A program made the position numbers and the translations under genes. A stretch of DNA of 57,453 nucleotides from a virus. Its lineage: Duplodnaviria; Caudoviricetes. Location of the stretch: positions 1 to 57,453 of IMG/VR virus record IMGVR_UViG_3300043409_000487. One strand, 5' to 3'. Under the pieces are notes generated by a model that had not been told where the DNA came from, searched no databases, and worked only from the letters and a program-made list of their open reading frames with translations. Shown here piece after piece: positions 54,641 to 57,453 of the stretch. Every line of letters starts with the position of its first letter. Position 1 is the first letter of the stretch.

Positions 54641-57453
54641 ATGACAGATATTAAAAAGTTGCGTGGTTCAAAGGGTGGTGGTTCACAACATACTCCCGTA
54701 GATGACCCAAACACACTCCGAAGTAAGTCCATCGCACGATTGGTGGACTTACTTGGAGAAGGTGAGATTGGTGGATTGCTGAATGGATTGCAATCTGTCT
54801 TCTTGGATGGAACACCAGTACAAAACCCAGACGGGTCAATGAACTTCGGTGGGCTTCGCATCGAAGAGAGAAAAGGCACACCAACCCAAGACCACATTGC
54901 AGGGTTCACTGGTACTGAACGTGAAGTTGGTGTGGGCATTAAGTTGTCTTCCGGAATTGGACTAACTAGAACAATCTCTGACAGCAACATTGACGCTGTG
55001 CGCATTAAACTGCAAATGCCTTCTGCCCTAAAGGTAGAAGATAACGGAGACAGACACGGGGTATCCGTTCAGTTCAAGATTGAAGTCAAGAAAGACAACG
55101 GTGTTTTTACAGAGGTGCTGAACACAACACTGTCTGGGAAGACAACGGCTGCGTACGAAACTCAATATAGAATCAACTTACCTGCTGGTGGGACTTCGTA
55201 CCAGATAAGAGTGACCCGTGTTACTCCTGATTCAACAAACACACAAGTGTCCGACACTCTATACTGGTCGTCAATGACTTTACTGACAGACGTAAAACTG
55301 TCATACCCAGATATGGCATTGATTGGTATAGAATTAGACGCTTCAACATATGGTACGAATATCCCAGCAAGGTCGTATGAAGTTGCTGGTAAGATTATCA
55401 AAGTGCCAACAAACTATGACCCAGTGACCCGTGCTTACTCTGGGTTGTGGAATGGAACATTCAAGAATGTTGTATCAGACAACCCTGCGTGGGTTCTGTA
55501 TGATATTCTAACCAACACTAGATACGGCTTGGGTGAACAGATTCAAAGTTCTCAGGTAGATAAGTGGGCGTTGTATGAGGCTGGTAAGTATTGTGATGAA
55601 CTTGTGGACAACGGCAAGGGTGGGCAAGAACCACGCTTCACATTCAACACTGTAATTGCGACTCAAGAAGAAGCATACCGTGTGGTGAATGCCATTGCTT
55701 CTGCATTCAGGAGTATGACGTATTGGTCATCTGGCACAATCACCATAGCACAAGACGCACCTGCAGACCCTGTCAAGTTAGTCACCCCTGCCAACGTAAT
55801 TGGCGGTAACTTCGAGTATTCTGGCACTGGATTAAAAGCCAGACACACAGTAGCACTAGTAACTTGGAATGACCCTGACGACGAATACCGAACAGCCGTT
55901 GAAATTGTAGAAGACCCTGTGGGTATCCAAAAGTACGGGTGGAGGCAAATCGACGTTGTATCCTACGGATGTACTTCTCGAGGTCAAGCACATAGGCACG
56001 GCAGACATATCCTAGACACTGAGCAGAACGAAGTTGAAACAGTAACCTACCGTGCTTCATTCGACCACCTAGACATTCGTCCTGGAGCGATTATCGCTGT
56101 TGCTGACCCTGCCTACGCAGGTAAACGTATGGGTGGTCGTGTTCGTTCAGCCTCTGGAACTTCTATTGTGTTGGACAAAGCACCAGAATTGGTGTCTGGA
56201 CAAACACACAAACTGAAGGTTGCGTTGGAAGACGGTAGCATTGATGAACGCACAATTACTTCTTGGTCTGGAGATACTCTGCAACTAAACACTGCATGGA
56301 CAACCGTTCCGAAGACTAATGCTGTTTGGGTTATTGCTTCCACTGACCTAAAGCCAAGACCCTTCAAAGTCATCTCTGTCAACGAAGAATCACCAAACAT
56401 TTATGCTGTGACTGCATTGCAGCACGACTCAACTAAGTTTGCACGTATTGACGAAAATGTCAACTTACCTGTGGAGCCATACACCGCTCTGCCCACTGGT
56501 GAGTTGCCAAAACCGACACAACTGGTGTTTGCTGAGTACCAGTCAAAGAATGAGGGTGCACAATCAACAACCAAGGGGATGTTGAGTGCCACTTCTCCCA
56601 ATGATTCACGTGTGCGTTTGATTGAGTACCAGATGAAGTCAGAAGACGGAGGTGATTGGTTCGCCTTGGGCTTCTCTGGGGATGGTGGGGTAGAGGTAAA
56701 TGAACTGCAGGTAGGTATGACCTATTCGTTCAGAGCACGTTGTGTCTCCTACACCTCGTTGAAGTCTGCTTGGACTACTGTAACTTCTACCAACATTCAA
56801 GGCAACACGCTCATACCACAGGCTCCAACAAATGTTGTGGCAGCAGCTGGGGTGTACAGCGTCACCCTAAACTGGACGAACCCTGTCTTGTCTGACTTCA
56901 AGTACATAGAAGTCTGGGCAGCTGGTTCCAACAACATAAATGCAGCAACTAAAATTGGCACAACAACAGATAACTGGTATCTACATGAACCTGTTGCAGC
57001 TGGTGTCCCAGTCTTCTATTGGCTAAAGACTGTCATACACTCCCCCACCAACAATACTTCTCTGCCAAGTGCATCAGTCACAGCAACCCCAAGAAAGGTC
57101 ATAAACGGAGACCTAGAAACAGCTTCTGTAACTGCTGATAAGATTGCTGATGCAACTATCACCACAGCAAAGTTCGCTGCAAGTATCGAGCCAGTAACAA
57201 TCTGGTCTGGTGCGAGCCTCCCAACAACGAAACAAACTTCCACCATATTTTGGAATGGCAAACTTTACCGTTGGAACGGAACTGCTTACGTTGCGAGTGT
57301 CGCCAGCACTGATATCAGTGGACAGTTGACAGCTGCGCAGATTGCATCAATTGCAGCTTCACAAGTCACTGGACAGTTGACTGATGCCCAAGTGGCAGCT
57401 GTTAGTGCTGCCAAAGTCACTGGACAGTTGGTCAGTACACAGATAGCAGATGC
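54641..57453 (+). CDS. Central tail fibre / host-specificity protein J-like, N-terminal part (runs off the window end)
   Basis: GSKGGG, GEGEIGG, VPTNYDP..R.Y.G.W.GTFK, DNPAW and EPRF motifs, then FnIII-like domains and the repeats seen at the window start. Confidence 0.9.
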   Translation, partial: MTDIKKLRGSKGGGSQHTPVDDPNTLRSKSIARLVDLLGEGEIGGLLNGLQSVFLDGTPVQNPDGSMNFGGLRIEERKGTPTQDHIAGFTGTEREVGVGIKLSSGIGLTRTISDSNIDAVRIKLQMPSALKVEDNGDRHGVSVQFKIEVKKDNGVFTEVLNTTLSGKTTAAYETQYRINLPAGGTSYQIRVTRVTPDSTNTQVSDTLYWSSMTLLTDVKLSYPDMALIGIELDASTYGTNIPARSYEVAGKIIKVPTNYDPVTRAYSGLWNGTFKNVVSDNPAWVLYDILTNTRYGLGEQIQSSQVDKWALYEAGKYCDELVDNGKGGQEPRFTFNTVIATQEEAYRVVNAIASAFRSMTYWSSGTITIAQDAPADPVKLVTPANVIGGNFEYSGTGLKARHTVALVTWNDPDDEYRTAVEIVEDPVGIQKYGWRQIDVVSYGCTSRGQAHRHGRHILDTEQNEVETVTYRASFDHLDIRPGAIIAVADPAYAGKRMGGRVRSASGTSIVLDKAPELVSGQTHKLKVALEDGSIDERTITSWSGDTLQLNTAWTTVPKTNAVWVIASTDLKPRPFKVISVNEESPNIYAVTALQHDSTKFARIDENVNLPVEPYTALPTGELPKPTQLVFAEYQSKNEGAQSTTKGMLSATSPNDSRVRLIEYQMKSEDGGDWFALGFSGDGGVEVNELQVGMTYSFRARCVSYTSLKSAWTTVTSTNIQGNTLIPQAPTNVVAAAGVYSVTLNWTNPVLSDFKYIEVWAAGSNNINAATKIGTTTDNWYLHEPVAAGVPVFYWLKTVIHSPTNNTSLPSASVTATPRKVINGDLETASVTADKIADATITTAKFAASIEPVTIWSGASLPTTKQTSTIFWNGKLYRWNGTAYVASVASTDISGQLTAAQIASIAASQVTGQLTDAQVAAVSAAKVTGQLVSTQIAD

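Noticed and set aside
113-57261. Numerous minus-strand ORFs in the track (e.g. 49323..50129, 38954..39535)
   Set aside because: They are antisense shadows of well-supported + strand genes, lacking RBS or recognisable motifs.
57257-57453. Terminal direct repeat of the genome
   Set aside because: The similarity between the ends is the tail-fibre internal repeat, and the end does not overlap position 1. It is an assembly break, not a physical terminus.

Overview
This is a near-complete ~57.5 kb tailed dsDNA phage genome of siphovirus type. Spanins indicate a Gram-negative host, and no integrase is visible, so it is probably virulent. All real genes are on the + strand. The contig breaks inside a tandem-repeat region of the central tail fibre (J-like) gene, which runs 54641->end and continues at 3..1925. 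By comparison with the internal repeat copy, only about 20 nt (plus any collapsed repeat units) appear to be missing. Layout: tail-tip, lysis and extra virion genes (1-7984); replication and nucleotide metabolism (8345-29084), including SNF2 and RecD-like helicases, an SSB-like protein, tRNA-Arg, NrdAB, a complete thymidine-hypermodification cluster resembling the YuA/M6/PaMx11 type, PolA and a primase-helicase; small accessory early genes behind repeated promoter cassettes (29109-36199); and the packaging, head and tail module (36796-end) with a lambda-like M-L-K-I-J tip. The most unusual observations are: (i) two equal-length 292-bp internally palindromic elements almost diametrically opposite on the circular map, sharing a sequence motif with the early promoters; (ii) a MuF/SPP1-gp7 head protein with an N-terminal GNAT-like domain, coupled to a small acidic ORF; (iii) a highly structured ~134-nt segment directly behind the tRNA; (iv) a hypermodification cluster with two different DNA-glycosylase-fold transferases; (v) a hierarchically repeated tail fibre. 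All product calls come from motif recognition and synteny by eye, not from database searches.
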